Of a stretch of 64,000 bases of DNA, positions 48,122 through 58,187 are shown one piece after another. Location of the stretch: contig CAYPYW010000004.1 of NCBI GenBank assembly GCA_964415365.1, positions 23,658 to 87,657 on the forward strand, written 5' to 3'. Positions within the stretch are counted from its first letter, which is position 1. The number at the start of each line of letters is the position of its first letter. The DNA is from an uncultured Actinomycetota bacterium. GTDB taxonomy: Bacteria; Actinomycetota; Humimicrobiia; Humimicrobiales; Humimicrobiaceae. The translations under genes and the position numbers were made by a program. The notes below the pieces were generated by a model. It was not told the DNA's origin. It searched no databases and saw only the letters and a list, made by a program, of their open reading frames with translations.

Positions 48122-49891
48122 ATGCTAAAAGAGCTACAGGTAAAAAATTTTGCCATAATAGATGATGCCAGAATAAAATTTCAGAGAGGCCTTAACATTC
48201 TGACCGGGGAAACAGGAGCCGGTAAAACCCTTATAATTGAAGCAATAAACTTGTTGATCGGTGAACGTGCAGGTGTTGATTTAATAAGAGACGGTGAAGA
48301 TAAGTTACTGGTTCAGGGGTATTTTGATTTTAGAAACAACCCCACGATTATAAATTATCTACTATCCCAGAATTTAATTGATGAAGAGGAAACAGGTGAT
48401 GATATAGTGATAACGAGGGAAGTAACGAGGGTTGGCAAAAACAGGGCATTCGTAAACGGGATTTTTACTCAGGTCAATAACTTAAAGAAAATAGGAGAAC
48501 TTTTTCTGGACATTCATGGTCAGCATGATCACCAATACTTGCTGAATCATAAGACTCACATAGAGATAATAGATAGATTTGGCAGAGACAGGATTTCAGA
48601 TACAAAAAGAGATTATTCTAAAAGTCTGGAAGAGTATTTCAAAAGAATGGAAGAATTCTCAAAATTAAAGGAATTAAAGAATACCAGAGAAGAAAAGTTA
48701 AAAGATCTAAATTACAGGTATGAAGAGATTAAGAAATTAAATATCAGAGAAAATGAAGAAGAAATTTTAGAAAACGAAATAAGGATTCTTAAAAATTATG
48801 AGAAGATTTATAAACTGGCATCAGAGAGTAAAAAGATTATAGATGGCGATAATACTGATATTCCGTCAATAAGCGACAATTTGGCTGTTCTGAATAAGAA
48901 TATAACAGAGCTTTCTGAAATTGATAATAAGTTTAAAAAATTTAACGATAGGATGTCTGCTCTCGGAGATTTTATTAAGGAATTAAGTTATCATCTAAAC
49001 AGTTATCTTGCCGATTTTGATTTCAGCGCAGAAAGATTGGACAGTATTCAGGAAAGGCTATTTAAGCTGTCAGAAATAAAGAAAAAATATAACCTTGATT
49101 TGAATTTAATTAACCAGTATGCAGAAAAATTAAAAGAGGAAATTGATAGTTTTGAAAATCTGGATGGCGAGATTGAGAAAAAGCAGATCCAGTATAATGA
49201 AATTCACAAAATTTTAATAAATAAAGCTTTACTGCTAAGTGAGCTGAGGAAAGAAACAGTAACTAGTCTGAAGGAAAAGATAACCAAAGAAATGGCTGAT
49301 CTGGGCTTTAAATCCGTGTCTTTTCAACCACAACACAGACTGCTGGAAGGCGATAATGGAATAGAGATTGAAGGAGAAAAGGTAAAATTTGCTAAAGACG
49401 GGATAGATGATATAGAATTTTTAATATCCCTGAATGTAGGCGAAGCCGAAAGACCACTTAGTAAGATTGCTTCAGGTGGGGAAATATCGAGGATTATGCT
49501 TGCTCTAAAATCGGTGATAGGTTCTGTTGATAATATCACTACTATGATATTTGACGAAATAGATGTAGGTATAGGAGGTGCAGCTTCACTGGTGGTTGGT
49601 GAAAAGTTATATAAAATTTCGAGAAACTGCCAGGTAATCGCCATTACTCATCTTGCACAGATCGCCTGTTTTTCTGATGCCCATTATTTTATTGATAAGT
49701 TCACAGACGGTAAAAGAACTAAGATAAAAATAAAGAAACTGGACCTGGGAAGTAAGATAAAAGAAATTTCCCGAATGATGAGTGGACTGACTGAAAGCGA
49801 TATTTCAGTTATGCATGCCGAGGAACTTCTGGACAAATGTAATACTATTAAAAATGATTTAGTAGAGAGGAAGATTAAAGTTGAAAACTAA
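48122..49891 (+). CDS. recN: DNA repair protein RecN
   Basis: [52 protein letters not shown]. Confidence 0.96.
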   Translation: MLKELQVKNFAIIDDARIKFQRGLNILTGETGAGKTLIIEAINLLIGERAGVDLIRDGEDKLLVQGYFDFRNNPTIINYLLSQNLIDEEETGDDIVITREVTRVGKNRAFVNGIFTQVNNLKKIGELFLDIHGQHDHQYLLNHKTHIEIIDRFGRDRISDTKRDYSKSLEEYFKRMEEFSKLKELKNTREEKLKDLNYRYEEIKKLNIRENEEEILENEIRILKNYEKIYKLASESKKIIDGDNTDIPSISDNLAVLNKNITELSEIDNKFKKFNDRMSALGDFIKELSYHLNSYLADFDFSAERLDSIQERLFKLSEIKKKYNLDLNLINQYAEKLKEEIDSFENLDGEIEKKQIQYNEIHKILINKALLLSELRKETVTSLKEKITKEMADLGFKSVSFQPQHRLLEGDNGIEIEGEKVKFAKDGIDDIEFLISLNVGEAERPLSKIASGGEISRIMLALKSVIGSVDNITTMIFDEIDVGIGGAASLVVGEKLYKISRNCQVIAITHLAQIACFSDAHYFIDKFTDGKRTKIKIKKLDLGSKIKEISRMMSGLTESDISVMHAEELLDKCNTIKNDLVERKIKVEN

Positions 49892-51512
49892 GTTCATCTT
49901 CGTAACCGGAGGAGTTTTATCTTCACTGGGTAAAGGTATATGTGCAGCATCTCTGGGAAGACTTTTGAAGTCGAGAGGCTATAGTGTCACTATCCAAAAA
50001 TTTGATCCTTATATAAACATCGATCCTGGAACTATGAATCCTATTCAACATGGAGAAGTCTTTGTTACCGATGACGGAGGTGAAACTGATCTTGATCTGG
50101 GACATTACGAGAGGTTTATTGATGAAGATTTGTCTAAATATAATAATTTCACTTCAGGAAAAATTTATAAAGGTGTTATTGACAATGAGAGAAAAGGCAA
50201 ATTTCTGGGGTCCACAGTGCAGGTAATTCCCCATGTAACAGATGAAATAAAAGCAAGTATCAAAAAAACTTTACTTCGAAGGAGAACAGATATAGTTATT
50301 ACCGAGATAGGAGGAACCGTAGGTGACATAGAAAGCCTGCCTTTTCTGGAAGCAATAAGACAATTTAAAAAGGACGTTGGAAAAGAGAATGTTCTTTATA
50401 TTCATGTTACCTACATACCGTATCTAAAAACTACCGAAGAATTAAAATCAAAACCTACCCAACACAGTGTAAAAGAGCTCAGAAGTATAGGAATTCAGCC
50501 GGATATAATAATATGTAGAAGTGAAACAAAATTAACTGACAGCATAAAAGGTAAAATAAGCCTTTTCTGTGATATAGAAAAAGAAGACACCATCGAAGCA
50601 ATTGATGTTAAACATATTTATGAAGTTCCTTTAATGCTTCAAAAAGAAAAATTGGATTCAAGAGTCCTGTCAAAACTAAAATTAAAAGCCAGAGAGTCTG
50701 ACCTTAAGGGGTGGAAGAAACTGGTCAGTGCAATTCATCATCTGGATGGCGAAGTAGAGATAGGAATAGTTGGAAAATATACCAATTTGAAAGATGCTTA
50801 TATAAGTATTGTGGAATCTTTAAACCATGGTGGATATTATTTCAAGAAAAATGTTAAGTTAACATGGATAAATTCTGAATCAATAGAAGAAAGCTGCCCG
50901 GAAGAAAATATATTATTTAAAGTAGACGGAATACTGGTGCCGTACGGTTTCGGGGCCAGAGGAATAAACGGAAAAATCAATGCTATAAGGTGTGCCAGGA
51001 AAAAAAAGATACCATTTTTGGGAATATGTCTGGGAATGCAGTGTGCAGTAATCGAATTTGGAAGAAACGTACTGGGTCTTGAAGACGCAAACAGCACTGA
51101 ATTTGATCCTGATACCAGAAGCCCCCTTATTGATTTAATGCATGAGCAGAAAGATATAGAAGATAAGGGCGGAACTATGAGATTGGGAAGTTATAAGTGT
51201 AGGTTGAAGATTGATTCTAAAGCTTTTAAAGCTTACCAGAAAAGAATTATTTTTGAGAGGCACAGACATAGATTCGAGTTAAATAATGATTACCGGGACA
51301 AATTAGAGAAAGCAGGTCTTGTAGTAACTGGAATCAATCCAGATAAGAACCTGGCGGAGATTGTTGAAATAAAGAACCACCCCTGGTTTGTTGCAGTTCA
51401 GTTTCATCCTGAATTTAAGTCTAGGCCAGATAAACCCCATCCATTATTCAGAGATTTTATAGGTGCTTCCATAAAATATTCATCCCTGAAAAGAAAGAAA
51501 CAAGTTGTTTAG
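49881..51512 (+). CDS. pyrG: CTP synthase
   Basis: [64 protein letters not shown]. Confidence 0.98.
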   Translation: MKTKFIFVTGGVLSSLGKGICAASLGRLLKSRGYSVTIQKFDPYINIDPGTMNPIQHGEVFVTDDGGETDLDLGHYERFIDEDLSKYNNFTSGKIYKGVIDNERKGKFLGSTVQVIPHVTDEIKASIKKTLLRRRTDIVITEIGGTVGDIESLPFLEAIRQFKKDVGKENVLYIHVTYIPYLKTTEELKSKPTQHSVKELRSIGIQPDIIICRSETKLTDSIKGKISLFCDIEKEDTIEAIDVKHIYEVPLMLQKEKLDSRVLSKLKLKARESDLKGWKKLVSAIHHLDGEVEIGIVGKYTNLKDAYISIVESLNHGGYYFKKNVKLTWINSESIEESCPEENILFKVDGILVPYGFGARGINGKINAIRCARKKKIPFLGICLGMQCAVIEFGRNVLGLEDANSTEFDPDTRSPLIDLMHEQKDIEDKGGTMRLGSYKCRLKIDSKAFKAYQKRIIFERHRHRFELNNDYRDKLEKAGLVVTGINPDKNLAEIVEIKNHPWFVAVQFHPEFKSRPDKPHPLFRDFIGASIKYSSLKRKKQVV

Positions 51513-51543
51513 AGATAATAGAAAAGATTCACAGAATTAAGGT

Positions 51544-52293
51544 ATGAGTTTTAAAACAAGTAAGACTAAAAAAACTTTGGTTTTAATAAATTCTATTTTA
51601 CTTATTATAATTATTTTATTTACTCCTCTTGTTTATTACGTTTTTAATCTGAATTATTATGTGACTTTATATGAGGATAATGAAGTGTTCTCTGTTTTGA
51701 ATAAAAGTGAAGTTATAAATATCACGAAAAAAATTTTTGAATTTTTTAAATATAAATCAGAATTGGACCCCCTGGATTATACCAACCAGGTAAAATATGC
51801 AGATGAAAGTATGAGCGCGGTCGCCGTTTTCACACTTGATGAGGTCAGCCACCTTGAAGATGTAAGAATACTGCTTGCAAGAATTTTTATTTTATATTAT
51901 TCAAGTCTTGTCGTATTTATAATTATAACTTTATTGTTGATAGAAAGGGATATTAAGAATTTTATTAGAAATTTAGGGATAACATTTATAATATCTTCAG
52001 CGGTGATGCTGTTGTTTGTTATGATTATTTATTTTTTTGGGAAAAATTTTCCTGCTTTATTTGAAAATTTTCATCTGTTGTTTTTCCCTCAGGGGAACTA
52101 CGCTTTTCCCGAGGGCTCTCTTATAATTACCCTTTTTCCATCCGGTTTCTTTTATGATTTCTTTGTAAGGCTTATTTTAAGTTCTACTATAATATCGGTT
52201 GTTTTACTGGTTACAGGTATAATCTTTATTAACATCTTTAAGCTTGCGAAAAAATATGATAAAAAAATTACTATTAACACTGGAAAGATCTAA
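51544..52293 (+). CDS. Integral membrane protein, TIGR01906-like
   Basis: Several TM helices with HLEDV, FENFHLLFF..NY.F....LITLFP..FF motifs. Confidence 0.65.
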   Translation: MSFKTSKTKKTLVLINSILLIIIILFTPLVYYVFNLNYYVTLYEDNEVFSVLNKSEVINITKKIFEFFKYKSELDPLDYTNQVKYADESMSAVAVFTLDEVSHLEDVRILLARIFILYYSSLVVFIIITLLLIERDIKNFIRNLGITFIISSAVMLLFVMIIYFFGKNFPALFENFHLLFFPQGNYAFPEGSLIITLFPSGFFYDFFVRLILSSTIISVVLLVTGIIFINIFKLAKKYDKKITINTGKI

Positions 52294-53439
52294 ATGTTAA
52301 GAAGTGAAAAGTATAATATGATTAACGAAAAAAGACTTCTACAAATATTTATTGAACTGTTAAGAATAAAAAGCCCCTCAAAAAATGAAAAAGAAATAGT
52401 TAACCATGTAAGCCAAAAATTAAAAAAACTGGGCCTTGAAGTTAATGTTGATAAGTGTGGCAGTAAATTTGGCAGCAATGCGGGAAATATCATAGCTTTA
52501 TACCGGACAAAGAATCCATCAGGAAGCAGCCCAATTTTTCTGGCAGCGCATCTTGACACAGTAAGTATAAATGGAGACATCATACCAGTAATAGAGAATG
52601 GGAAGATAGTCAATAGTAACAAGGAATGCATATTGGGTGGCGATAACAAGGCTGCTGTTGCTGCAATTCTAGAAGCTCTAAATGTTATAAAGAAAAAAAA
52701 TATCCCCACGGGAAATATTTACATTATATTTACTATTTCAGAAGAAATTGGGGTATTAGGCTCAAAATGTATTGATATGAATTCAATCAAAGCAAAGTAT
52801 GGTTTTGCATTTGATAGTGATGGTGATGTGGGAGCTATAATAAATAAAGCACCATATCAGAATTCAATTTATGCGTACTTTAAAGGAAGATCAGCCCACG
52901 CGGGGGTAGAGCCTGAAAAGGGGATTAATTCTATTAAAGCCGCTGCTATAGCAATTTCCAATATGAAAATGGGCAGGATAGATGAAGAAAGTACATGTAA
53001 TGTGGGAAGAATAGATGGAGGTGTGGCCAGAAATATAGTTGCGGAGGATACAAAATTAGAGCTGGAAGCAAGAAGTTTAAAATTATCAAAACTCGAAAAA
53101 ATTACTGATGAAATGATTAATGACCTGAAAAAAGGCGCAAAAGAAACCGGAGCAATTTTGAATTATGAGACCATAAGGGAATATGACGGGTTTGAAATTG
53201 CAGAAAATGAAATACCTGTATGCGTTGCCAGAGCGGCCATAGAAAAGTTAAAAATAAAACCGAAAATCACATCATCAGGAGGAGGAAGCGATATTAATAT
53301 ATTTAATTCAAAGGGAAAAACATCGCTTAATTTGAGTAGTGGAATGGAGAACGTTCACACAAGTAAAGAATTTGTGAAAGTTGAGCAATTGGTAAAATTG
53401 GCTGCGTTGGTACTTGAAATATGTAAATCTATAATTTAG
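52294..53439 (+). CDS. M20 peptidase, PepT-like (YqjE-type)
   Basis: AHLDTV, GGDNK, SEEIG, GRSAHAG..PEKG, GGGSD.N, HT..E. Confidence 0.88.
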   Translation: MLRSEKYNMINEKRLLQIFIELLRIKSPSKNEKEIVNHVSQKLKKLGLEVNVDKCGSKFGSNAGNIIALYRTKNPSGSSPIFLAAHLDTVSINGDIIPVIENGKIVNSNKECILGGDNKAAVAAILEALNVIKKKNIPTGNIYIIFTISEEIGVLGSKCIDMNSIKAKYGFAFDSDGDVGAIINKAPYQNSIYAYFKGRSAHAGVEPEKGINSIKAAAIAISNMKMGRIDEESTCNVGRIDGGVARNIVAEDTKLELEARSLKLSKLEKITDEMINDLKKGAKETGAILNYETIREYDGFEIAENEIPVCVARAAIEKLKIKPKITSSGGGSDINIFNSKGKTSLNLSSGMENVHTSKEFVKVEQLVKLAALVLEICKSII

Positions 53440-53469
53440 TTTTAATAAGATAAAAGGAAAAATTTTAAA

Positions 53470-54042
53470 ATGACTAAAGAACTTTACGAAAAGAAAGTAA
53501 GCTCAAAGGAAATTTTTAAAGGCGAAATAGTTGAGTTGTTTGTCGATAGAGTAAAACTACCAAACAATAAAATCGCTACAAGAGAAAAGGTCACTCACCC
53601 TGGCGCGGTTGGTATTGTTCCCATAAACAAAGAAGGGAAAATAATACTGGTAAAACAGTTCAGATACCCCTTAAACAGCGTCTTAATGGAAATACCGGCA
53701 GGGAAGTTAGGCAAAAATGAAGTTCCTCTGGATTGTGCCAGAAGGGAACTAAGAGAGGAAGTCGGAGCAGCAGGAGGGAAATTAATCCATTTGGCTGATT
53801 TCCATACATCGCCCGGGTTTTGCAATGAAATATTATATTTATATCTGGCCATAGATTTTGAAAAAAAAGGAAACAATTTAGATGAAGATGAATTCCTGGA
53901 AATAGTTGAATTAAAGATGGTAGATGCTCTCTCATACATAGAAAATGGTAAATTAAGAGATGCAAAAACCATTATAGGGATACTGCTAGCCAGGGATTAT
54001 TTAAACAGGAATATAAAAGTTGGCAAAAGAAGTAAAAAATAA
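53470..54042 (+). CDS. nudF: NUDIX hydrolase, ADP-ribose pyrophosphatase-like
   Basis: HPGAV, KQFRYP, EIPAGK, Nudix box ARRELREEVG, SPGFCNE, DAKT. Confidence 0.88.
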   Translation: MTKELYEKKVSSKEIFKGEIVELFVDRVKLPNNKIATREKVTHPGAVGIVPINKEGKIILVKQFRYPLNSVLMEIPAGKLGKNEVPLDCARRELREEVGAAGGKLIHLADFHTSPGFCNEILYLYLAIDFEKKGNNLDEDEFLEIVELKMVDALSYIENGKLRDAKTIIGILLARDYLNRNIKVGKRSKK

Positions 54043-54937
54043 GGGTATTGGCAGTGTTATCGGTAAGTATATCGAATATTTGAGATTTGAAAGACTGCTG
54101 CTTCCAAATACTATTAACTCCTACCTGATGGATCTGAAAAAATTCAGAGTTTTCCTGAAAAACAGAAATATAGAAAATTACCGTGAGCTCTCAAAAGAAC
54201 AGATACTGGATTTTCTTCAAAATTTATATAAAAGCCAATCAGAATCATCTATCTCAAGAATATTGTCAACACTTAGAAGCTTTTATAAATTTCTGGTAAT
54301 AGAAAGAGTTTGCCAGAAGAATCCCTGGATACAGGTAAGTAGCCCAAAGAAACCAAAAAAAATGCTGGAAGTTTTAAAATTGGAGGAAGTAGAAAAGTTC
54401 CTTGAAAGTATACCATATTCTACCGCACTGGAGATGAGAGATAAGGCTATGTTTGAAATATTATACTCCTGCGGGCTTAGAGTAAGCGAGATTATAAATT
54501 TAAAGATGCAGAATATTGATTTTGATGAAGAGTTGTTAAGATTTGTGGGTAAGGGAGACAAGGAGAGAATTACTCCAATAGGTGAGAAGGGAATGTTATT
54601 TTTAGAAAAGTACCTGAGAACAAGCAGATATAAAATCAAAAAGGAATACAGGTCAGATTATGTTTTCTTGAACAGGAGTGGTGGGAGGATAACCAGACAG
54701 GGATTCTGGAAGATACTGAAAAAATATGCCAGTAGAGTAAATCTTGATAAGAATCTATATCCTCATATCTTCAGACATAGTTTTGCCACTCACATGCTGC
54801 AGAGGGGAGCAGATTTAAGGACAGTACAGGAATTACTTGGCCACAGCAGCATTTCTACAACCGAAATTTATACTAATCTGGACAAGGAACATATAAAAGA
54901 AGTATATTTTAGATATCATCCCAGAGAAAAAAAGTAA
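54020..54937 (+). CDS. xerD: Site-specific tyrosine recombinase XerD
   Basis: RDKAMFEILYSCGLRVSE, GKGDKER, HIFRHSFATH, VQELLGH, TTEIYT; in chromosomal nudF/scpAB context. Confidence 0.9.
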   Translation: MAKEVKNKGIGSVIGKYIEYLRFERLLLPNTINSYLMDLKKFRVFLKNRNIENYRELSKEQILDFLQNLYKSQSESSISRILSTLRSFYKFLVIERVCQKNPWIQVSSPKKPKKMLEVLKLEEVEKFLESIPYSTALEMRDKAMFEILYSCGLRVSEIINLKMQNIDFDEELLRFVGKGDKERITPIGEKGMLFLEKYLRTSRYKIKKEYRSDYVFLNRSGGRITRQGFWKILKKYASRVNLDKNLYPHIFRHSFATHMLQRGADLRTVQELLGHSSISTTEIYTNLDKEHIKEVYFRYHPREKK

Positions 54938-55064
54938 ATTGATTGTGAAAAACCTATAGAGATTTATTTTATAATTTAACTTTGGCGTAGCATAGAATAA
55001 TATTTGCAAATTCAACAGATTTTGGTATGGTATATGGTCATAGAATAATGAAAGGTCAGGGTAT

Positions 55065-55781
55065 ATGAGTGGTCTGGGACAATCGATAATAGATTTTTTA
55101 AAACAGTTACTTACCTGGGCACCAGGTTTGATCATGGGTGTTATTTTACATGAGTATGCCCACGGATATATAGCTTACAAAAGTGGTGATCCCACTGCCA
55201 GAAATATGGGAAGGCTTACTCTGAATCCAATTGCACACATAGATTTATTTGGAAGTATACTTTTGCCTCTGCTACTTATACTTATTAATTCCGGTATAAT
55301 ATTTGGTTACGCCAAACCGGTTCCCATAAACCCTTCATATTTTAGAAATTACAGGAAAGGAATCCGCTATACTTCACTGGCCGGTCCGGCAGCGAATCTT
55401 ATTTTCGCTTTTGTAGCAGGCTTGATATATGGCCTTTTTTTCTACATTTATTTTAAACTAACAAACGGGGTATTGGTATCAGACACTCTTGGGTACAGAA
55501 CTTTTGATCTTATAAGCCGGATTTTTCAGGGTGCAATATATGTAAACATTTTCTTAGCTATCTTTAACTTCATACCTATACCGCCACTTGACGGTTCAAA
55601 GATTCTCGCTTCCTTTCTGCCTGATGAAGCTATGTTTAGATATTTAAATTTTGGAAGATTTGGTTTTATATTCATTTTCATATTAATGTTTCTTTTTGGA
55701 GGAAGGTTCTGGGCTGCTATATCCCCGGTATTTAACTTTATTTATAATGCGTGTACCTGGTGGCGGTATTTAATTAGTTAA
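55065..55781 (+). CDS. Site-2 protease family (M50) membrane metalloprotease
   Basis: HEYAHG, GDPTA..GRLTLNP, AKPVP, AGP.AN, FNFIPIPPLDG. Confidence 0.92.
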   Translation: MSGLGQSIIDFLKQLLTWAPGLIMGVILHEYAHGYIAYKSGDPTARNMGRLTLNPIAHIDLFGSILLPLLLILINSGIIFGYAKPVPINPSYFRNYRKGIRYTSLAGPAANLIFAFVAGLIYGLFFYIYFKLTNGVLVSDTLGYRTFDLISRIFQGAIYVNIFLAIFNFIPIPPLDGSKILASFLPDEAMFRYLNFGRFGFIFIFILMFLFGGRFWAAISPVFNFIYNACTWWRYLIS

Positions 55782-55807
55782 TGGATAGGATAACAGAGGA
55801 GTAATGA

Positions 55808-56788
55808 ATGAAAAAGAGAATGCTTACCGGATTTCGACCAACAGGCAAGTTGCATCTGGGCCATTTGCATGGAAATATTAGTAATATGATCAAATATCAG
55901 AAGGACTATGAAAATTTTTTCTTCCTGGTTGACTGGCATGCATTATCAACAGAATACCAGAATCCTAAGAATATAAAACTTGATTTAGTCGAATGTGTGG
56001 TGGATTTGATAGCTCTGGGAATTGATCCCAGGTTCACTCATTTATACAGGCAATCAGATATACCACAGATATCAGAGCTGACTCTCTATCTTTCAATGAT
56101 TACCCCTTTATCCTGGCTGGAGCGCTGCCCTACTTATAAAGAACAGATAAGCGAATTAAAGTCGAAAGATCTATCCACGCTCGGTTTTTTGTCGTATCCT
56201 GTGCTTATGGCTGCGGATATACTTATAGTCAATTCCGATATAATACCGGTTGGGGAGGATCAATTACCTCATCTTGAAATCACAAGGGAGATTGCAAGGA
56301 GATTTAATCATCTCTATGGGAAATATTTTACCGAGCCGAAGGAAATGCTCTCAAAAGCTACCCGTGTTCCAGGAATAGATGGCAGGAAGATGTCCAAAAG
56401 TTATGATAATGCTGTATTTTTATCAGACAATTTTGAAACAATCCGCAAAAAAGTTGGAATGATGATAACTGATCCCAAAAGAGTACATCTTAAAGATCCC
56501 GGTCATCCGGAAGTTTGTAGTGTATTTGATTTCTACAAAATATATAAGGAAGAGGGAATAGAGGAAATAGAAAACAGATGTAAACAGGGAAAAATCGGAT
56601 GCACCGGGTGCAAAGAAGAGATTTCAGCGATAATATATAGATCTTTGAAAGATTTTCAGGAAAGAAGAAATGAGATTAAGAAAGATTTAAATTACATTTA
56701 TAACATACTGGAAGAAGGTAAAACCCAGGTTAGAAAAATTGCTGATGAAACGATATCTGATGTAAGAAAAAAGATGGGCATAGATTAG
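55808..56788 (+). CDS. trpS: Tryptophan--tRNA ligase
   Basis: RPTGKLHLGH, YPVLMAADIL, VPVGEDQ-like PVGEDQLPH, KMSKS, GCTGCK. Confidence 0.96.
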   Translation: MKKRMLTGFRPTGKLHLGHLHGNISNMIKYQKDYENFFFLVDWHALSTEYQNPKNIKLDLVECVVDLIALGIDPRFTHLYRQSDIPQISELTLYLSMITPLSWLERCPTYKEQISELKSKDLSTLGFLSYPVLMAADILIVNSDIIPVGEDQLPHLEITREIARRFNHLYGKYFTEPKEMLSKATRVPGIDGRKMSKSYDNAVFLSDNFETIRKKVGMMITDPKRVHLKDPGHPEVCSVFDFYKIYKEEGIEEIENRCKQGKIGCTGCKEEISAIIYRSLKDFQERRNEIKKDLNYIYNILEEGKTQVRKIADETISDVRKKMGID

Positions 56789-56789
56789 A

Positions 56790-57536
56790 TTGGAAAACTG
56801 TATAGAAAGCAAAGACTATTTAGTAGAGTACAAAGAATTTAGAGGTCCTATAAATCTTCTTCTGGAGTTAGTCCAGAAAAAAAAAGAAGATATCTATGAA
56901 ATCAGTTTAAATACCATTATAAAAGATTTCATAAGTTACATTAAAAATAAAAAAAATATATTATTTGACACTCTATCGGGATTTGTATATATAGCTTCCA
57001 TTCTACTGGAAATAAAATCAAGATCACTGTTTCCCTCAAAGAGCGAAACTGCTGATGAAGAGGAAAATGTTTTAAGTGCTGAAATTCTAAAAAGAAGGGA
57101 AGAGGAGTACAGGATTTTTAAGAAGATATCCAATTACCTGGGGAGTCTTTATGAAAGAGAGTCCCTATATTTCATAAGGGAAGCCCCCATAGAAAAAGAA
57201 TTTCTAAAGTTACTGCCGGATTTTACCAGGGATATAAACATAAAGGAGTTATCATTAATTGCTTCAAAACTTATTAAGTATAAAGAGGAAAAATTAAATT
57301 TAAACAATATTTATAACCACAGGATAAGTATAAGCATATTTGAGGAGATGAAAAGAATAAGAGGAATATTATATTCAAAAGATAATATAACATTTAAGGA
57401 AATCACATCTAAGTATGACCAAATTATTGATAAAATAATCAGCTTCCTGTCAATACTGGAGCTTTACAAAAAGAATGTGATCGATATTGTTCAGTTTGAG
57501 AGTTTTGGTAGCATTATAATAAAAAGAATTAAATAA
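56790..57536 (+). CDS. scpA: Segregation and condensation protein A
   Basis: FRGPINLLLELV, LLEIKSRSL.P, SFLSILELYK; precedes scpB. Confidence 0.85.
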   Translation: MENCIESKDYLVEYKEFRGPINLLLELVQKKKEDIYEISLNTIIKDFISYIKNKKNILFDTLSGFVYIASILLEIKSRSLFPSKSETADEEENVLSAEILKRREEEYRIFKKISNYLGSLYERESLYFIREAPIEKEFLKLLPDFTRDINIKELSLIASKLIKYKEEKLNLNNIYNHRISISIFEEMKRIRGILYSKDNITFKEITSKYDQIIDKIISFLSILELYKKNVIDIVQFESFGSIIIKRIK

Positions 57537-57556
57537 CAAGCTGGAATGTAAATAAA

Positions 57557-58144
57557 GTGAATAGTCAAGGTAAAAATAAGAGTATAGTATTGCATGGAGA
57601 AAAAACATGGCTTAAAACCTGTGTAGAGGGCATACTTTTTGTGTCTGAGGGAGTAGTAAAAGCCAGAGAAATATCCTCTGTGCTAGGAATTACTGAAAAA
57701 AAAGTGTATGAAATAATAGAGCTTCTGGAAAAGGAGTATATTGATGAGAATAGAGGATTTATCGTTAAAAAAGTGGCCGGAGGGTTCAGACTTTACTCAA
57801 ATCCTTCATTGAGTGAAATACTGATAAAATTTATTAAATCCAACATACGTTCATATCTTTCCCAGGCTGCACTTGAAACCCTGGCAATTATTTCTTACAG
57901 GCAGCCCGTCACCAGGACACAAATTGCTGAACTAAGAGGAGTTAGAAATGATAGTGTAATACTGACACTGGTGGATAAAGGATTGATAAAAGAAGCAGGC
58001 AAGCTTAAGGAACCGGGAAATCCTATATTATATAAAGTAACTGAAAGGTTTTTGGAGCTTTTGGGTATAGAAAATTTAAAAGAGTTGCCCCCTCTGGAAG
58101 ATTTTAGAGAAAATAAAGAAGACGTCCAGAATATGGACGAGTAA
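57557..58144 (+). CDS. scpB: Segregation and condensation protein B
   Basis: EGILF, LSQAALETLAIISYRQPVTR, RGV, PG.P.LY..T..FL..LG...L..LP. Confidence 0.94.
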   Translation: MNSQGKNKSIVLHGEKTWLKTCVEGILFVSEGVVKAREISSVLGITEKKVYEIIELLEKEYIDENRGFIVKKVAGGFRLYSNPSLSEILIKFIKSNIRSYLSQAALETLAIISYRQPVTRTQIAELRGVRNDSVILTLVDKGLIKEAGKLKEPGNPILYKVTERFLELLGIENLKELPPLEDFRENKEDVQNMDE

Positions 58145-58187
58145 AATGGTAAGAGCAATAGAACCTTTATAGCCGTGGAGAATATTC

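Noticed and set aside
52294-53439. GGDNK instead of GADDK in the M20 peptidase as a sign of an inactive enzyme
   Set aside because: The bridging Asp of the D-x-K pattern and the other ligands (HLD, EE, late His) are retained.
54020-54937. Tyrosine recombinase as a possible phage, integron or island integrase
   Set aside because: Size, motifs and the nudF/scpAB neighbourhood fit chromosomal XerD; I saw no att sites, cassettes or cargo genes.
55782-55807. T-box leader before trpS (also considered for hisS, aspS and alaS)
   Set aside because: The gap is only 26 nt; hisS and aspS overlap their upstream genes; the region before alaS is better explained as 6S RNA.
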